From sequence record SRR31156797_2095: a DNA stretch of 20,000 bases. One strand, written 5' to 3'. Positions 17,600 to 20,000 of the stretch are shown here, one piece after another. Within the stretch, counting starts at the first letter, position 1. Each line of letters begins with the position of its first letter. A program made the translations under genes and the position numbers. Under the pieces are notes generated by a model. That model was not told the DNA's origin. It did no database searches and worked only from the letters and a program-made list of their open reading frames with translations.

Positions 17600-18634
17600 A
17601 TGAAAGAAAAAGTTTTAATTGCTATGAGCGGCGGGGTGGACAGCACTCTTGTTGCACATATGATGAAAGAGAAAGGGTACGACGTTATCGGCTGTACTAT
17701 CAAGTTTTTCGAAGGTCAGGACCAAGCTGTCGCAGATGGCGAAAAAGCAGCAAAAGAATTAGGTATCAACTGGTACTCTGCTGACTACAGCGAATATTTC
17801 AGCGAAGATGTCATATCATATTTTATACGCACATATATTCAAGGGAGAACCCCTAACCCTTGCGCACACTGTAACAGGCACGCAAAGTTCAACTATCTCT
17901 TTCGTGAGATGAAAGCGAACGGAGCCACAAAAATAGCCACCGGTCACTATGCAGACAAGGTTCAGATTGGTGAAAAATATTTTATTAAAAAAGGCGCAGA
18001 CATTCGAAAAGACCAGTCATATTATATGTGCCTGCTTAAAGATTATCAGCGTGAAGTGCTGGAACTGCCTCTCGGAAATGTAGAAAAAACCGTGATAAAA
18101 GCGAAAGCAGCGGAGCTTGGGCTTTCTGTTGCTGATAAAGAGGAGAGTCAGGATATATGCTTCCTTCAGGGGGGCGACTATAGAGAATTCCTCGAATCAA
18201 AAATTGGCAAAGATAAAATAAAAAAAGGCTGGTTTATAAAAGACGGGGAGCGCTTTAAGGAACACGAGGGTATAATATACTACACTGTTGGTCAGAGAAA
18301 AGGTTTGGGTATAGGTTACCATGAACCACTATTTGTTAAAAGCATAGACGCTGACAGCGGAGATATAGTAGTATGTGACAAGAGCGAAGTTACCGGACGT
18401 GGTGTTAAGGTAAATGACCTTGTCTTTCCAGAGGAACACGACAGGATTTTCCGTGCAGAGGTTAAAGTAAGATACCGCATGGCTCCTGTCCCATGTATGG
18501 TAGAGATTAAACCTGACAACAAAGCTACTATCCTGTTCGACGAGCCGGAGTTCGCTCCGACACCGGGTCAGATAGTTTGTGTCTATGAAAATAATGTGGT
18601 GGTTTGCGGTGGATATATTCAAGAAGTATTTTAG
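17600..18634 (+). CDS. mnmA: tRNA-specific 2-thiouridylase MnmA (CxxC type)
   Basis: AMSGGVDS PP-loop, TPNPCAHCN, ATGHY, KDQSY, ESQDICF, YTVGQRKGLG and PGQ. The start at MKEKVLIA (17600) fits the family better than the GTG at 17582. Confidence 0.95.
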   Translation: MKEKVLIAMSGGVDSTLVAHMMKEKGYDVIGCTIKFFEGQDQAVADGEKAAKELGINWYSADYSEYFSEDVISYFIRTYIQGRTPNPCAHCNRHAKFNYLFREMKANGATKIATGHYADKVQIGEKYFIKKGADIRKDQSYYMCLLKDYQREVLELPLGNVEKTVIKAKAAELGLSVADKEESQDICFLQGGDYREFLESKIGKDKIKKGWFIKDGERFKEHEGIIYYTVGQRKGLGIGYHEPLFVKSIDADSGDIVVCDKSEVTGRGVKVNDLVFPEEHDRIFRAEVKVRYRMAPVPCMVEIKPDNKATILFDEPEFAPTPGQIVCVYENNVVVCGGYIQEVF

Positions 18635-19289
18635 TCAATTTACTAATGCAGTGGTCACCCTCAGCGGTGGTGCTGATTCTGCTTGTGTTTTAATGATGGC
18701 GGTGCAGTATCTGGGCAGAGAGAATGTCCTGGCTGCTACTTGTGTGAACAGTCACTTTTTCAGAAGTGAGGTCGAGACAGCTAAGGAAGTTGCACTAAAA
18801 CTCGATGTCCCTCATATGCAATATTCTGTAACTATGCCTAAAGAATTTTACGGCGGCGGCTGGAACAAATGCTACTACTGTAAAAAGACTATTATGTCCG
18901 CTGTGGTTGAAAGTGAAGGCTTTTCAGTTGTTTTCGACGGTACAAATTTTGACGATGACCTCGAAGAGAGACGTGGCAGCGTGGCTATAAAAGAGCTGGG
19001 CATAAGATCACCTCTTCACGACCTTGGTCTCGGTAAAACATTTGTACACAACGCTGTAAAAGACCTCGGAATAGCATTTCGTGACGAATCCTGCAAAGCT
19101 ACAAGGCTTGAAGGGAAAGTTGACGACTTTCGTATGAATCAGGTTGAAGCTTTCGAATCGCAGCTCAGAGACACACTTCCAGGCATAAGATACCGGATAG
19201 ATAACGGTCGTATTGAGTTCAAGCGACCTCTTAAGTTAAGTAGCGACCAGTTCGAGCTTGTTAACGAACTAAAAGGCTGCTTCGTCTAG
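18609..19289 (+). CDS. larE: LarE-like PP-loop ATP-dependent sulfur transferase
   Basis: LSGGADS PP-loop, CYYCKK, DGTNFDD...R.G..A..ELGIRSPL and SCKATR (cf. LarE SCLASR). Probable GTG start at 18609 after GTGGTGG, overlapping the end of mnmA. Confidence 0.7.
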   Translation: MDIFKKYFSQFTNAVVTLSGGADSACVLMMAVQYLGRENVLAATCVNSHFFRSEVETAKEVALKLDVPHMQYSVTMPKEFYGGGWNKCYYCKKTIMSAVVESEGFSVVFDGTNFDDDLEERRGSVAIKELGIRSPLHDLGLGKTFVHNAVKDLGIAFRDESCKATRLEGKVDDFRMNQVEAFESQLRDTLPGIRYRIDNGRIEFKRPLKLSSDQFELVNELKGCFV

Positions 19290-19684
19290 TCTGCGAGAGG
19301 ATCCTCACCCTCCTGCCATGAAGCGAGATAACGCTCATGCAGATGGAAATCCTCACCTTTATGCTCTGTGAAAGTTACATAAATATTCTGATGTGGAATG
19401 CTCCATATATCATGAATAACCCCCATAAAGCCGAGTGCCAGCGAGCGCCTTTTAACTATCTCACGCCCTTCACGTATATCAGCGTTCACAAGGGCAACAC
19501 CCTCTTTATTATCCTCCACCCTTCCGATGAAAAGATTATAGGTATCGTGTTCTCTTATTGAGATGCTGATGTGGTCTGTACCTGTGTCCATCACTTCAGA
19601 AAAGAGGTTTTTGATCTGCTCTGAAAAGGCGAGTTTCTCCTCGTCACGAGCTTTAAGGTTTATATCGAATTGAAGGTGTGGCAT
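19286..19684 (-). CDS. Tautomerase/MIF superfamily protein (Pro1)
   Basis: M-P-H-L-Q-F start with catalytic Pro1; two beta-alpha-beta units, DIREGR and NIYVTFTE. Its stop shares CTAG (19286-19289) with the convergent larE-like stop. Confidence 0.8.
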   Translation of the reverse strand: MPHLQFDINLKARDEEKLAFSEQIKNLFSEVMDTGTDHISISIREHDTYNLFIGRVEDNKEGVALVNADIREGREIVKRRSLALGFMGVIHDIWSIPHQNIYVTFTEHKGEDFHLHERYLASWQEGEDPLAD

Positions 19685-19757
19685 AACTTCCCCCGATTAG
19701 TTTATACTGATAAGTATAATACGAAATGGTTTCAGTTCAATACTATATAAGTAGGAG

Positions 19758-19790
19758 AAAAAAAAGCTGGGCAGCGTAAACCACCCAGCT
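19758..19790 (-). terminator. Intrinsic terminator for a minus-strand transcript arriving from the right
   Basis: The minus strand reads AGCTGGGTGGT-TTAC-GCTGCCCAGCT and runs into a T8 tract; the G-U pairs work only on the minus strand. Confidence 0.8.
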
Positions 19791-19808
19791 AGTATTTAGT
19801 TATATTTT

Positions 19809-19891
19809 AGGCGAGTGCAACTAGCCGTATAGACTTGGTACACTATCCCGTGTTCACAGTTTTGAGATATGCCTCAAGGTGCTAAGCTTAC
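19809..19891 (+). repeat. Dispersed multi-hairpin element, copy D
   Basis: Near-identical to copy E (4 substitutions and 1 indel over 83-84 nt); repeat period 108 nt. Confidence 0.92.
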
Positions 19892-19913
19892 CTCGCAATG
19901 ACTACTAAGCTAA

Positions 19914-20000
19914 ATCAGGCGAGTGCAACTAGCCGTATAGACTTTGGTACACTATCCCGTGTTCACAGTATTGTGATATGCCTCAAGGTGCTAACCTTGC
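19914..20000 (+). repeat. Dispersed multi-hairpin element, copy E (reaches the window end)
   Basis: ATCAGGCGAGT-GCA-ACTAGCC GTATAGACTT TGGTACAC-TATCCC-GTGT TCACA-GTAT-TGTGA TATGCCT CAAGGT-GCTA-ACCTTG. Confidence 0.92.

Noticed and set aside
19286-19289. Overlapping stop codons (CTAG) of convergent genes as a regulatory device
   Set aside because: Four-base convergent stop overlaps are common and need no special explanation.
374-19561. Numerous short antisense or alternative-frame ORFs in the ORF track (e.g. 6882-7298, 10486-10863, 3835-4146)
   Set aside because: They lie within or largely overlap well-supported genes and show no recognisable motifs; they are shadow ORFs.
19963-19976. CRP/FNR-type site (TCACA/TGTGA half-sites)
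   Set aside because: The order and spacing are TCACA-N4-TGTGA, not TGTGA-N6-TCACA, and the motif is embedded in the repeat element.
19809-20000. CRISPR array
   Set aside because: The repeat (~83 nt) is much longer than the 25-nt spacer, only two units are visible, and homologous copies are dispersed elsewhere.

Overview
Bacterial chromosomal window with a mostly housekeeping gene set; a Deferribacterota-like origin is an impression from protein style and gene order, not verified. It opens inside a giant (>2260 aa, 5'-truncated) surface-type protein built from atrophied bacterial Ig domains, LVIVD beta-propeller repeats and a duplicated unnamed domain. Next come a minus-strand ACT-domain/peptide deformylase/2-hydroxyacid dehydrogenase cluster, clpC overlapping a ketopantoate reductase-Nudix fusion, a Cys-rich PilZ protein, a DUF3833-like lipoprotein and ahpC. 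These are followed by a DUF1007 + RcnA/NicO metal-transport pair, an isochorismatase-family hydrolase, a HAD phosphatase, mnmA overlapping a LarE-like sulfur transferase, and a Pro1 tautomerase. The most unusual signal is non-coding: five copies of an ~80-85 nt element (7826-7905, 14746-14824 inverted, 14843-14926, 19809-19891, 19914-20000). The copies share a TCACAGTWTTG core and a GTGCTA-loop terminal hairpin, and show compensatory stem changes. They occur as a singleton, an inverted pair and a direct tandem, and sit at gene 3' ends in a fixed orientation. No transposase, CRISPR array or rRNA/tRNA gene was recognised.
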